Below, in pieces: positions 18,196-28,385 of a DNA stretch of 64,000 nucleotides. Where the stretch lies: the NCBI GenBank assembly GCA_016214655.1, contig JACROC010000002.1, positions 3,801 to 67,800 on the forward strand, written 5' to 3'. The stretch's first letter is position 1, and each line of letters opens with the position of its first letter. This stretch comes from Candidatus Harrisonbacteria bacterium. GTDB taxonomy: Bacteria; Patescibacteriota; Minisyncoccia; UBA6257; 02-FULL-45-10c. The notes under the pieces were generated by a model. That model ran no database searches. It saw nothing but the letters and a program-made list of their open reading frames with translations, and was not told the origin of the DNA. The position numbers and the translations under genes are program-made.

Positions 18196-19986
18196 ATGCA
18201 AAAGGTAAGGAACATCGCTATAATAGCCCACGTTGATCATGGAAAATCTACTTTAGTGGACACCATGCTTAAACAATCAGATACTGATTTAGGCAAGGTT
18301 GGCGAACAAGACCAAATAATGGATTTTAACGAGCTTGAAAGAGAACGCGGTATTACGATTTTCTCAAAAAATGCCGCGGTAAAATACGGCGATACTAAAA
18401 TAAATATTATTGATACTCCGGGACACGCAGACTTCGGCGGCGAAGTTGAACGAGTTTTAAACATGGCTGACGGCGCACTGCTTTTAGTTGATGCCCAGGA
18501 AGGCCCGATGCCGCAGACTCGTTTCGTTCTCAAAAAAGCCCTTTCCATGGGCCATAAAATCATCGTAGTTATAAATAAAATTGATAAGAAAAACGCACGG
18601 GTAAATTATGCTTTGGATAAAGTCATAGATCTTTTTATTGAACTTGGCGCCAATGATGAACAAATAAACTTCCCCATCGTCTATGCCGCCTCCAAACTCG
18701 GCAAGGCCGGCCTTACGCCGGAACTGGAAAAAATGACTGACATCAAACCGGTTTTTGAGACTGTTCTGAAACATGTACCGGAACCAAAAGTAAATGCCAA
18801 CGGCCCGCTCCAGCTGATGGTAACTTCCATTGCTTATGATAATTATAAAGGCAGAATCGGCATCGGCCGGATACACCAAGGGAAAATAAAAAACGGCGAC
18901 GCCATATCCCACATTAACCGCGAAGGCAAAATCACCAAAGGAAAATTAAGCGGGTTAATGACCTTTTTAGGATTAGCCAGAATGGAAGCTAAAGAACTGG
19001 AAGCCGGCGACATCGCCGCAGTTGCGGGGATAGAAAATATTAATATCGGCGACACTATCGCGGACGCCGAAAATCCCATAGCGCTTCCGCCGATTCAAAT
19101 TGAAAAACCGACTGTCAAAATGATTTTCAGCGTCAACAACTCCCCTTTTGCCGGACAGGAAGGAGAATATTGCACTTCCCGCAATCTTAAAGAGCGGCTG
19201 GAAAAAGAATTGGATAACGATGTGGCTCTGCGGGTTGAAGCCGGGAAATCACCGGACGAATTTATCGTCAGCGGCCGCGGCGAACTTCATCTTGGAATTT
19301 TAATTGAAACCATGCGCAGGCAAGGTTATGAACTCCAAGTCTCCAAACCGGAAGTTATTATGAAAGAAGAAAATGGCAAAACCATGGAACCGGCGGAAGA
19401 CGTCTGGGTAGAAGCGCCGGAACAATATTCCGGCACGGTCATAGAAAAAATGAGCCGCCGGAAAGGCGAGATGAAAAATATGAACGTGGAAAACGGCATC
19501 GCTTATTTCCACTTCTTCATCCCCACCCGCGGACTGATCGGATTCAGAAATGAATTTTTAATTGATACCAAGGGCAATGGCATTATCAATACTCTTTTCG
19601 CCGGCTATCATCCGAAATGGGAAGATATCCAGACCAATCCCCACGGATCGCTGATCGCCCATGAAACCGGCACCAGCACTGCATTCGGACTTTTAAATGC
19701 GCAGGAACGGGGAGAAATGTTTATCGGCCCAGGCACGAAACTATATGAAGGCCAGGTAGTCGGCCAGAATGCCAAAGCCGAAGATCTGACTCTGAATGTC
19801 TGCAAACAAAAACAGCTTACCAATTTCCGCGCTAAAACCGATGCGGTTACTGACGATTTAATTCCTCCGCGGCTTATGTCATTAGAACAATGCCTGGAAT
19901 ATCTCGGCGACGATGAGCTTCTGGAAGTAACGCCGACCAGTCTCCGGCTCAGAAAACGTATTCTTAAAAACGCTCTTCGTAAATAA
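18196..19986 (+). CDS. typA: Translational GTPase TypA/BipA
   Basis: AHVDHGKST, ERGITI, DTPGHADF, GRGELHL, ELLEVTP. Confidence 0.97.
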   Translation: MQKVRNIAIIAHVDHGKSTLVDTMLKQSDTDLGKVGEQDQIMDFNELERERGITIFSKNAAVKYGDTKINIIDTPGHADFGGEVERVLNMADGALLLVDAQEGPMPQTRFVLKKALSMGHKIIVVINKIDKKNARVNYALDKVIDLFIELGANDEQINFPIVYAASKLGKAGLTPELEKMTDIKPVFETVLKHVPEPKVNANGPLQLMVTSIAYDNYKGRIGIGRIHQGKIKNGDAISHINREGKITKGKLSGLMTFLGLARMEAKELEAGDIAAVAGIENINIGDTIADAENPIALPPIQIEKPTVKMIFSVNNSPFAGQEGEYCTSRNLKERLEKELDNDVALRVEAGKSPDEFIVSGRGELHLGILIETMRRQGYELQVSKPEVIMKEENGKTMEPAEDVWVEAPEQYSGTVIEKMSRRKGEMKNMNVENGIAYFHFFIPTRGLIGFRNEFLIDTKGNGIINTLFAGYHPKWEDIQTNPHGSLIAHETGTSTAFGLLNAQERGEMFIGPGTKLYEGQVVGQNAKAEDLTLNVCKQKQLTNFRAKTDAVTDDLIPPRLMSLEQCLEYLGDDELLEVTPTSLRLRKRILKNALRK

Positions 19987-20004
19987 AGAGCCTATTCTAT
20001 ATAT

Positions 20005-21270
20005 ATGCCCACATCTTCAAATGGTTTTTCTAAACTGGGAATCGCACCGGCGATCTTAGAAATACTTTATAAACTTAAATTCGAACAGCCGACGCCTATC
20101 CAAGAACAAGCAATCCCGGTTGCACTGGAAGGAAAAGATTTAGTCGGAATCGCGCAAACCGGTACAGGAAAGACCCTGGCATTCGGCATTCCGATGATCC
20201 AGCGGATTCTGCAAAGCAAAGGCATTGGCCTCATAGTTTTGCCAACCCGCGAATTAGCGCTGCAAGTCAGAGATTCGCTGAATCTCATCGGCAGCGGCTT
20301 CGGCGTGAAAACCGCACTGCTTATCGGCGGCGCGCCAATGTGGCGCCAAATCGCAGAAATCCGCCGGCAGCCGAATATTGTTATCGGAACTCCTGGCCGC
20401 ATCATTGACCATTTGGATCAGCGAACGCTGGTTCTTTCCGGCGTAAAAATACTGGTGCTGGATGAAGCAGATCGCATGCTGGATATGGGTTTTGCCCCGC
20501 AGCTTAAGCGCATTCTGCAGCACGTTCCAACTGAACGCCAGACATTATTATTTTCAGCCACCATGCCTCCGGCAATCATGCAGATTGCGCGCGGATTTAT
20601 GAAACTGCCGATACAAATTGAAATCGTACCGCCTGGAACAGCCGCAACCAACGTCACCCATGAAGTATTTGTGGTACCCAGAGAACAAAAACCGGCGCTG
20701 CTGCATAAACTTCTTCACGATTACCGCGGTTCAGTTTTAATATTTATACGCACTAAATTTGGCGCTAAAAAAGTTGCCTTCAACGTAAGAAGCGCCGGCC
20801 ATACGTCAGCCGAACTTCATTCAAATCGTTCACTTAGCCAGCGAAGAGAAGCGCTTGAAGGTTTTAAAAATGGCCGCTATCGGGTTCTAGCCGCGACCGA
20901 TATTGCCGCGCGGGGAATAGATGTAACCGGAATTGAACTTGTTATCAACTACGACCTGCCGATGCAAGCCGAAGACTATGTGCATCGAATCGGCAGAACC
21001 GGCAGAGCCGGCGCGAGCGGACACGCAATTTCATTTGCCACCCCGGACCAGCGCGGCGATTTAAGGATCATTGAAAAGTTATTGAGAAAAACTTTGCCGC
21101 TTACCAAATTGCCGGAATCTTTGCCGACGCCTCCCCCGCCTCGTGCGCAGATGTATCCGGGACGACCGCAGCCTCCGCGCTCCGAAAGATCATTCTCCGA
21201 AAACCGCAGGCGCAGAAACTTCAACGCACATCACCAGCGCGAGGGCTTCCGCCGTCGCCGGCATTATTAA
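20005..21270 (+). CDS. DEAD-box RNA helicase
   Basis: Q motif, AQTGTGKT, PTRELA, DEAD, SAT, HRIGRTGR. Confidence 0.96.
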   Translation: MPTSSNGFSKLGIAPAILEILYKLKFEQPTPIQEQAIPVALEGKDLVGIAQTGTGKTLAFGIPMIQRILQSKGIGLIVLPTRELALQVRDSLNLIGSGFGVKTALLIGGAPMWRQIAEIRRQPNIVIGTPGRIIDHLDQRTLVLSGVKILVLDEADRMLDMGFAPQLKRILQHVPTERQTLLFSATMPPAIMQIARGFMKLPIQIEIVPPGTAATNVTHEVFVVPREQKPALLHKLLHDYRGSVLIFIRTKFGAKKVAFNVRSAGHTSAELHSNRSLSQRREALEGFKNGRYRVLAATDIAARGIDVTGIELVINYDLPMQAEDYVHRIGRTGRAGASGHAISFATPDQRGDLRIIEKLLRKTLPLTKLPESLPTPPPPRAQMYPGRPQPPRSERSFSENRRRRNFNAHHQREGFRRRRHY

Positions 21271-21299
21271 AAAATATCCGCCAGCCAGCGGATATTTTT

Positions 21300-22793
21300 T
21301 TATAGCTGTTCCAAGTCCAAAGTTTTATCAATCTTGATCTGTTTTACGAATTCCAGGACGTGGCTGACCAGAATCATCGCGCCCTGATATTTATCCAAAG
21401 CCGCGGCAATAACCGGAATATGGCGGAAATTAATATGATTCGTCGGCTCATCCAAAATAAGCAATCCCGGCTTTTGAATAACTAACCGGGCAAAAGCGAC
21501 CAGTCCTTTCTGTCCCTCCGACAAACTGCCGACTTTCGCGCGCAATAATTGTTCGTCCAGCAAAAATCCGGCGGCAATAGCACGAAGTTTCTCATACGTC
21601 ATATTCTGGTTAGCTCCGACGCTTCGGTCGGAGTCCCGACCCGCAAGCGTCGGAAAATCATTCATCACCGATACCAGAGAATCCCAGACCGTGTCTTCAA
21701 AATTAAGCGTAGAAAAATCTTGCCGATAATATCCAATCCTGACCCCTTTTGTAATATGTTCTCCCTTGGCATGTCCGGTAGCCAGCTTTTCAAGCAATGT
21801 AGTTTTGCCGATGCCATTCGGACCGGCCAAAAGCAAATGCTCGCCTTTTTTTAAAATCACTTCAACTTTTTTATTTATTTTCAGCTCAAGTAATTGCCCG
21901 CTGATATCTTCCTGGCACGGAATGAAGAAATTCCGGATGGCCTTATCTTCCTGGCGCACCTCCACAACTTCCTCTTCCAGCTCCTCTATTTTTTCCCGCA
22001 TCTTGCGGGCAACATCCCGCATGTGTCCGCCTTTTTGGGCAAAAAAGCTGGCTTGTTCTTTTCGATTCGCAATATCTTTTTCCAGGCGGACATTTTTCAT
22101 GCGCTCGCGCTCCAGCCGGGCTTTAATCTCCGCAACCACGTCAAAATAATTTCCGGCATACTGCTCAACCTTTTTGGTAAAAATATCCAGATACAAGACT
22201 CCCTGCGTAAATGCATTAAGGAAATCGGCATCGTGAGAAATCACGATGCAAGTTTTTTTATAATCAATAAGAAATTGAGTCAGGTGGGCAATGCCCTGTT
22301 TATCCAAATTATTAGTCGGCTCATCCAGAAGCAATAAATCCGGATCCTGGATAAGCGCCGATGCCAGCAACAATCTTGCCTGCTGGCCTCCGGAAAAAGT
22401 CTTGATAACTTTTTTATGGTCAGCCTTCAAATTCACAACTTCCAAAACTTTATCAATGCGCGGATCAATATCATATATTTTTTTATTAAAGCATTTTTCA
22501 AAAAATTCTCTTACCGTTAACTGCATTTGGTCGCGCGGAATTACCTGCCGGGCAGTAGCAATCGTAAGCCCGCCCGCAACGCTCACCGATCCGGATTCCA
22601 CCTTAAACTCGTCAACCTGCCCCGCCTGGGCAATCAGCTGAAAAATCGTGCTTTTACCGGCTCCATTTTGCCCCATCAGAGCAATCTTAGATCCCCGGCG
22701 AACGGAAAAATCCGCCTCATTAAGAATAGGCTTATTGTGCCCGTAATCAAAAGAGGCCTTATTAAATCTGACAATTACCTCGTCGTTTAGCAT
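21300..22793 (-). CDS. ABC-F family ATPase
   Basis: Two ABC domains (GQNGAGKST; GPNGIGKTT; LDEPTN twice), no TM segments. Confidence 0.92.
   Translation of the reverse strand: MLNDEVIVRFNKASFDYGHNKPILNEADFSVRRGSKIALMGQNGAGKSTIFQLIAQAGQVDEFKVESGSVSVAGGLTIATARQVIPRDQMQLTVREFFEKCFNKKIYDIDPRIDKVLEVVNLKADHKKVIKTFSGGQQARLLLASALIQDPDLLLLDEPTNNLDKQGIAHLTQFLIDYKKTCIVISHDADFLNAFTQGVLYLDIFTKKVEQYAGNYFDVVAEIKARLERERMKNVRLEKDIANRKEQASFFAQKGGHMRDVARKMREKIEELEEEVVEVRQEDKAIRNFFIPCQEDISGQLLELKINKKVEVILKKGEHLLLAGPNGIGKTTLLEKLATGHAKGEHITKGVRIGYYRQDFSTLNFEDTVWDSLVSVMNDFPTLAGRDSDRSVGANQNMTYEKLRAIAAGFLLDEQLLRAKVGSLSEGQKGLVAFARLVIQKPGLLILDEPTNHINFRHIPVIAAALDKYQGAMILVSHVLEFVKQIKIDKTLDLEQL
21615..21654. repeat. Palindromic element inserted in-frame in the ABC-F gene
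   Basis: TCCGACGCTT...AAGCGTCGGA with inner GTCGG/CCGAC; encodes FPTLAGRDSDRSVGA. Confidence 0.7.
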
Positions 22794-22933
22794 GCATAAT
22801 AGAATACAACATTTCACCAGAATTTTCCAGCCAACACGTCAAATATACTTCCAATTACCCAATTGGATATTTCTAATAAAAATAATATAGTATATAATAT
22901 TATTAACAGTCGTTAAAATTATTTTTTTAAATT

Positions 22934-24130
22934 ATGAAAGGTAAAATTAGTTTCAGTTTAACACAGTCGGTTTCTTTATTACTCGCCTTATTATTAATAG
23001 CTGGTTTAGCTTTGGCGTATCATCAAGCAACCGCTCAAGAAGGCGGCCGGAAAATTGTTACTTGGCAGACCGGCCTAAATCAAGCTGCTAAAGATCAATT
23101 ACTTGCCAAGTATGGCGCAATTAAATTAAAAGACTTGTCGTCGGTCAATGGCTCTGCGGTTTGGCTTCCAAGTAAAGCTTCAGAAAAAGCTCTAGGACGC
23201 CAATCCGGAGTAACAAAAGTAGAAGAAGACGCCTTGGTATCCGCTCTCGGAAAACCGGCGCCGGCTCTCCAACCATCTCAAGTACTGCCTTGGGGCGTAG
23301 ATAGAGTTGAAGCTGATTTGGTCTGGCTCTCTGGCAATACCGGAGATCCGGTCCGAGTAGCCGTAGTTGACACCGGCATATCCAAAGACCATCCAGACTT
23401 GAAAGAAAATATAAAAGGCGGCTATAACACAATTAACCCGACGAGGAGCTGGGACGATGATAATGGCCACGGCTCTCATGTCGCCGGAATTGTCGCGGCA
23501 CTTAATAATTCGATTGGTGCCGTAGGCGTGGGGCCAGCAGTTGATCTTTTGGCAGTAAAAGTATTAAGAAAAGATGGTTCTGGGTTTACTTCAGATGTAA
23601 TTGAAGGCATTGATTGGGCGGTTCAAAACGGAGCACAAGTTATCAATTTAAGCCTCGGTTCAACCTCAGATATCCAAGCAATGCACGATGCCGTGAAAGC
23701 CGCGCATGATGCCGGCACAGTTGTGGTAGCTGCGGCTGGCAATAATGGCGGCGCGGTGATTTATCCGGCAGCTTATCCGGAAGTATTGGCGGTTTCGGCA
23801 ACTGACCAAAACAATCTGCTCGCCAGCTGGTCCAGCCGAGGCCCGGAAGTTGATCTATCGGCGCCTGGAGTGAGTATTTACTCTACTTATCTAGGCACTG
23901 GCTATGCAACGCTTTCCGGCACTTCCATGGCTACTCCGCATGTAACTGGCGCAGCAGCACTGGTCTTAAATACACCAGTTGGAACTTATGATACCAACAA
24001 TAACGGCAAATGGGATCCGACTGAAGTTCAGCAGAAACTCCAGGATCGTGCCACCGATTTAGGCGATCCCGGATTTGATAATCTCTACGGCTGGGGCTTA
24101 CTAAATGCCTGGAATGCCACTCAGCCATAA
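22934..24130 (+). CDS. Secreted subtilisin-like S8 peptidase
   Basis: Signal peptide, propeptide, VDTG, HGSHVAG, GTSMATPHV catalytic triad. Confidence 0.95.
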   Translation: MKGKISFSLTQSVSLLLALLLIAGLALAYHQATAQEGGRKIVTWQTGLNQAAKDQLLAKYGAIKLKDLSSVNGSAVWLPSKASEKALGRQSGVTKVEEDALVSALGKPAPALQPSQVLPWGVDRVEADLVWLSGNTGDPVRVAVVDTGISKDHPDLKENIKGGYNTINPTRSWDDDNGHGSHVAGIVAALNNSIGAVGVGPAVDLLAVKVLRKDGSGFTSDVIEGIDWAVQNGAQVINLSLGSTSDIQAMHDAVKAAHDAGTVVVAAAGNNGGAVIYPAAYPEVLAVSATDQNNLLASWSSRGPEVDLSAPGVSIYSTYLGTGYATLSGTSMATPHVTGAAALVLNTPVGTYDTNNNGKWDPTEVQQKLQDRATDLGDPGFDNLYGWGLLNAWNATQP

Positions 24131-24231
24131 AATAAATTGGCCAATTAATCAAAAAATCTTCGCTCTGAAATGAAGATTTTTGCGCTAATAGTATTCCTAG
24201 CATTCTAAGTATTCTTAGTCTTCCTATACTA

Positions 24232-24269
24232 ATACTAATTATTACCGCCATGGCGGTAATAATTAGTAT
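24232..24269. repeat. Perfect 38-bp palindrome just downstream of the PaaX-like gene
   Basis: ATACTAATTATTACCGCCA|TGGCGGTAATAATTAGTAT. Confidence 0.9.
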
Positions 24270-24276
24270 ATAGAAA

Positions 24277-24831
24277 TTAAAATAACTTTTTAAAAATTTC
24301 CTTCAGGTAAAGTTGATTATCTAGATCTTGAACTATTAGTTGTCTAACATATTTTCTAACGCCATAGAATTCAACCAAAAAATCAATTTCGTTTTTGCAC
24401 TCATGCGGATGTATAAATACACTCTTTTGATACTGATAAAAACCTAATCTTTTAAGGTGAAAACGTAGTGCCTCTCTTACTTTCTTTTTAGATGTCGGAA
24501 TATCGAACAACACCATCCGCCATAACTTATCCCAGCGAGCCAGTTTCTTAATTTGGATATTTTCTAATTTATAATCTAATACTCTTTGTTTCCCCTTATC
24601 TAATAAAATTATCTTTACGGAACCATCGGGATTTTCTTTCAGATCGACCATTTTATTTCTATAAAGACTATCGATCGCCTCTCGTAAAACATCATTATTT
24701 ATCCTTTCCCATTCGCTGCTAATAGCACGCAAAGTTTTATACCGTTGCCTAAGACTACCTGCTAAACCCAAAGAAATACCGCCAACCAATAATATCAATA
24801 ATTTCCTTTGTATTGCTCCTAACTTTCGCAT
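24277..24831 (-). CDS. PaaX-like protein (wHTH plus Cas2-like domain)
   Basis: WDKLWRMVLFDIP..KKKVREALRFHLKRLGFYQYQKSVFI signature. Confidence 0.8.
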   Translation of the reverse strand: MRKLGAIQRKLLILLVGGISLGLAGSLRQRYKTLRAISSEWERINNDVLREAIDSLYRNKMVDLKENPDGSVKIILLDKGKQRVLDYKLENIQIKKLARWDKLWRMVLFDIPTSKKKVREALRFHLKRLGFYQYQKSVFIHPHECKNEIDFLVEFYGVRKYVRQLIVQDLDNQLYLKEIFKKLF

Positions 24832-24840
24832 TAACAAATT

Positions 24841-24882
24841 ATACACTAACTATTCTTGCTATGGCAAGAATAGTTAGTGTAT
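24841..24882. repeat. Near-perfect 42-bp palindrome just upstream of the PaaX-like gene
   Basis: ATACACTAACTATTCTTGCTA|TGGCAAGAATAGTTAGTGTAT. Confidence 0.9.
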
Positions 24883-24926
24883 TGTTTTTTAAAGATAAAA
24901 AGTGATAAAATTATTAAGTGAAATTT

Positions 24927-24997
24927 TGCCGGGTCGTCTAACGGTAGGACAGCAGCCTTTGGAGCTGTTTATCGGGGTTCGAGTCCCTGCCCGGCAG
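24927..24997 (+). tRNA. tRNA-Gln(TTG)
   Basis: TGCCGGG/CCCGGCA acceptor; GCAGC-CTTTGGA-GCTGT anticodon arm; GGTTCGAGTCC. Confidence 0.93.
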
Positions 24998-25178
24998 CAC
25001 CAGTCAGCGCAGTATCGAGGGACCGATTCCCGTACAAATTTTGAAGTTTTTTCGAATCCAGAGAGGGTCACCCATCCGGGACAGCGAACTAATAAGCAAA
25101 TTATTCTATAATAAAGAGATGAAAAAGCGAGTATAGTATTTTGAATATAAATTAAAAGCTGGCGGAAGTCGAAATATC

Positions 25179-25733
25179 ATGAAAAATAATAAAATGGAAA
25201 TAAAATTGAAAATAAAGCCCCGGACTGCCCTTAAAAACACCTGTGGACCCACCTCCCTGAGAATGGTTCTGTCTTATTACGGAATCGACGCAAAGGAAAA
25301 AGAAATCATAAAAGCCGTCGGCGGCTTGAAAAAATTCGGCATTCGGACGATTAAGCTCGCCCAATACGCCAAGAAGCTGGGTTTCAAATGCGAATGCCTT
25401 TCTTATGAGAAAAAATTGTCGCGCGGCTTTGCCAAAATCAAAAAGCCGGATGTTAATGACATTCTAAAATTCCTGAAAAGAGGCGTGCCGGTAATCATCG
25501 CCGTGAATCAATATCTGCTTTACGGAAAAGGCAAAGACAAGAAAATGGGGCATTTTATAGTCATCACCGGCTATAAAAAAGATTGTTTCTGGTATAACGA
25601 TCCTTGGGACGGCAAGCTCCATAAAATTAATTTGGAAGATTTGAAATTGGCTTGGTACAACAATATTCTGGATTCCAGCGCATATCTGCTGGCAATTTGG
25701 CCTAAATATGGATATCAAATACAAAAAAATTAA
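25179..25733 (+). CDS. Peptidase C39-like protein
   Basis: CGPTSLRMVLSYYG, GHFIVITGY, NDPW. Confidence 0.85.
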   Translation: MKNNKMEIKLKIKPRTALKNTCGPTSLRMVLSYYGIDAKEKEIIKAVGGLKKFGIRTIKLAQYAKKLGFKCECLSYEKKLSRGFAKIKKPDVNDILKFLKRGVPVIIAVNQYLLYGKGKDKKMGHFIVITGYKKDCFWYNDPWDGKLHKINLEDLKLAWYNNILDSSAYLLAIWPKYGYQIQKN

Positions 25734-25768
25734 GCCTGATAATTCCCCGATTTAAAAATGTAAGATTT

Positions 25769-26278
25769 TTATTTTACATCCCCCTTTTTAATCTCTTTTT
25801 CAAAAAGAACTTTTACAGCCTGTTCCGGGTCAACCCGATAGGAAGTATGACCTTCAAAGAAATCGTGTTCCTTAAGCAAATGGGCGATAAGTCCTGGACC
25901 ACTGAAAGATTCCCCCGTTTTTCGATTGGTGATTATAAAATCTAAATTGCTAAAATCTGCATACGAGCCATCAAATGGGCAGTTCTGCATCCCTCGCCAA
26001 CTGGTCCAGCTTATTTCAAAATCATCAACAACAGCCGGTACTTTATGGCCTTGCTCTTGCATAGCCCGCTTTAATAATTCGGCAATCTTTTCCCCTATTT
26101 CTTTAGATTTTATCTCCAGTTGTTCGCAAACTTTTCGGTCGGCAACGATAACATCTTTTAACTTCTCCCCTTCAGCTAAAAATCCTCCTATGGACGATTT
26201 TTTAGGATAAAATTTGCTTTCATCTACCCCCTCCCAAGGCTCTTTATGTTCAAATGGTTTTTCTTTATTCATATTCAT
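25769..26278 (-). CDS. Hypothetical protein
   Basis: 169-aa ORF in an operon; GFLA, GMQNCPF, HLLKEHDFFEG..YRVDP motifs. Confidence 0.7.
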   Translation of the reverse strand: MNMNKEKPFEHKEPWEGVDESKFYPKKSSIGGFLAEGEKLKDVIVADRKVCEQLEIKSKEIGEKIAELLKRAMQEQGHKVPAVVDDFEISWTSWRGMQNCPFDGSYADFSNLDFIITNRKTGESFSGPGLIAHLLKEHDFFEGHTSYRVDPEQAVKVLFEKEIKKGDVK

Positions 26279-26280
26279 TG

Positions 26281-26751
26281 TTATTTAATAAATCCCCCAT
26301 GATAAAAAGCTCGATAAACAACTTTATCTTTAAATAGGATTTCTTCTTTGCCAGTAAATTTATCTAATTTACCTTCGGCGGTATTAATATATTGATAATC
26401 TCCTTCTTCGAAAAATTTCGGCCCCCTCACGGGTATAATATCATCATACTCCTGCGTTAAAGATTTTTTGAGGAAATCATAAACCTGGTCTGCGGCAAAA
26501 CCGTCGTCGAGAATAAAGCCAAGGTAATTTGCTCCCCAAATTGGTTTTTCATCTTTATAAACTACTTCTTCGCCAATATAATCCCTCACTCCAAAATAAG
26601 TATCGTGATAGATCAGATTACCTTTTTTATATTCAAGATCTTTTGAACTAATACGAGTAGGGCTGACTTTCTTGCCTCCTGCAGCGTATCCATGCTTATT
26701 GGCTTCATCAAGAAAACCAGCCAGTTCTCGTAAATCAATTGGTCGATTCAT
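26281..26751 (-). CDS. DUF5680-like protein
   Basis: YHDTYFG, GEEVV, PVRGP, YHGG motifs. Confidence 0.7.
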   Translation of the reverse strand: MNRPIDLRELAGFLDEANKHGYAAGGKKVSPTRISSKDLEYKKGNLIYHDTYFGVRDYIGEEVVYKDEKPIWGANYLGFILDDGFAADQVYDFLKKSLTQEYDDIIPVRGPKFFEEGDYQYINTAEGKLDKFTGKEEILFKDKVVYRAFYHGGFIK

Positions 26752-26803
26752 ATAAATTATTTTAACACAAATAAAAAATCGCCCTTGTTGAAGCGATCAT
26801 TTT

Positions 26804-27268
26804 TTACATTTCTCTCCAATTAAACTTTTCCACAACATCGCCCCGAGAACAAAAATGAACTTCTCCCCTAATCTTTTTGCCCTGTAATATCAGCGGGAGC
26901 CATTCTTTATCCGCAGCCCACATACTGCCGTAGGGAATATTATCAATATTATACCACCGTGGTTTCATTTCTTCCGATTCTTGGGCTTCCCCATTCCACC
27001 CTTTTACCAAAAAAATATGAACTTGCTGGTTCCATTCAGAATTTTCTTTGAAATAAAAAGAGATGTCACCGACTTTTTGGAGATTATCTTCTTTGCTTTG
27101 TATCCCCGCTTCTTCTTGCAACTCTCTGATAGCTGCGGTTTCCAATCCCTCTCCCTCCCCGACTTTTCCGCCAAAACCATTCCATTTGCCCGCTCCAAAT
27201 CCCCGCTTCTTCATGGCAAGTAATATTTGGTTGTCCGCAAGTAAAAGGCAAAGCGTGACTTTTCTCAT
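26804..27268 (-). CDS. NUDIX hydrolase (8-oxo-dGTPase/MTH1-like)
   Basis: KKRGFGAGKWNGFGGKV...AAIRELQEEAG; EEMKPRW. Confidence 0.9.
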   Translation of the reverse strand: MRKVTLCLLLADNQILLAMKKRGFGAGKWNGFGGKVGEGEGLETAAIRELQEEAGIQSKEDNLQKVGDISFYFKENSEWNQQVHIFLVKGWNGEAQESEEMKPRWYNIDNIPYGSMWAADKEWLPLILQGKKIRGEVHFCSRGDVVEKFNWREM

Positions 27269-27280
27269 AATTAAAAACAG

Positions 27281-27877
27281 CTAAATCACCTTATTGTCCA
27301 TCAAAAAAATTCTGACTCTCTCGTAAATCTTTTGGTGCCCTTTTGTGTTAGGATGAACGCCGTCATCCAAATCCTTATTTTCCAAAATACCGAATAGATC
27401 CAGGAAAAGCACTTTTTGTTCGACGCAAACTTTTTTCATTATTTCGTTATACTTTTTGATGTTCTTATTGGTGTAATAAATATCGCGCCATGGCACGGGT
27501 TTTGTCTTTGCTTCATCGACATTTTTGAAGCCGATAAATATGATTCTATCGGTCATCTTTTTAGCCCTTCGGATAATTTCTTCAAGATTCTCCTTAAATT
27601 TATCCGGGGGAACTTGATAATTATCCTCCGTATGTTCACCGGCCGCATCATTGCCGCCGGTCTGAAAAACAAGGATATCGGCTTCCCTTATTTTGGCTTC
27701 ATTTTCAAACCGAGCAAGAATGGTCTCGGAGGTTCCGCCCGAGATGCTTAAGTTATAAAGTTCGGCGTCCTGGTCTTTCTCGGCCAAAAACAGCCAAAGA
27801 CGGTTAACCCAGCCACCCTTTTCCAAATCCCAAGCGCCCCAAGCAGTGCTGTCGCCGAAAACACAAATAGTTGCCAT
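27281..27877 (-). CDS. SGNH/GDSL hydrolase
   Basis: FGDS, GGND, DGVHP blocks. Confidence 0.9.
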   Translation of the reverse strand: MATICVFGDSTAWGAWDLEKGGWVNRLWLFLAEKDQDAELYNLSISGGTSETILARFENEAKIREADILVFQTGGNDAAGEHTEDNYQVPPDKFKENLEEIIRRAKKMTDRIIFIGFKNVDEAKTKPVPWRDIYYTNKNIKKYNEIMKKVCVEQKVLFLDLFGILENKDLDDGVHPNTKGHQKIYERVRIFLMDNKVI

Positions 27878-27948
27878 TAGAACTATTCTATCAAAAGAGT
27901 AGCTCATCCCGCCACTCGCTATATTTATAAAAACAAAAAGTCCGATTA

Positions 27949-28272
27949 TTAATCGGACATGGATGGCAATACTTTCACGCCATTGACTCTTACTCCTTGA
28001 GTCGTGGAAAGCACCAGATCATCGTTATTCACTGAAAGAACCGAAGAATAGCCAATCCTGATTCCACCCCGCAGCGGTGTCCCGTCTTCAGCGATAATAC
28101 CAACCACTGAGGCGAAAGTTTCACGGGTAATATGTCTGCCATTGCTATTCACGCGAACCTTATTCCATTTGGGAGAAATAACCTTCATCGTATAAAGCGT
28201 ATTGCGAGTCTGCACTTCAACAACATCGCCGATCTTGAGATCACTTATAAGAATCCAGTCTGGCTTTTTCAT
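27949..28272 (-). CDS. Hypothetical cassette protein
   Basis: Own TTGACA-17-TAATAT promoter (28322-28350) and GTTCGTTGAAAA leader. Confidence 0.7.
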   Translation of the reverse strand: MKKPDWILISDLKIGDVVEVQTRNTLYTMKVISPKWNKVRVNSNGRHITRETFASVVGIIAEDGTPLRGGIRIGYSSVLSVNNDDLVLSTTQGVRVNGVKVLPSMSD

Positions 28273-28385
28273 CTTTTATGTCTCCACTGTTTTAATTTTC
28301 AACGAACTAGAAAGTGACTCTATATTATTTCAAAATCTGTGTTTTGTCAAAAGAAAAAACAAGCAATGAATGCCTGTTTAATGTA

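Noticed and set aside
24277-24831. CRISPR-Cas locus based on the Cas2-like domain
   Set aside because: No array or other cas genes are present; the architecture fits a PaaX-like protein.
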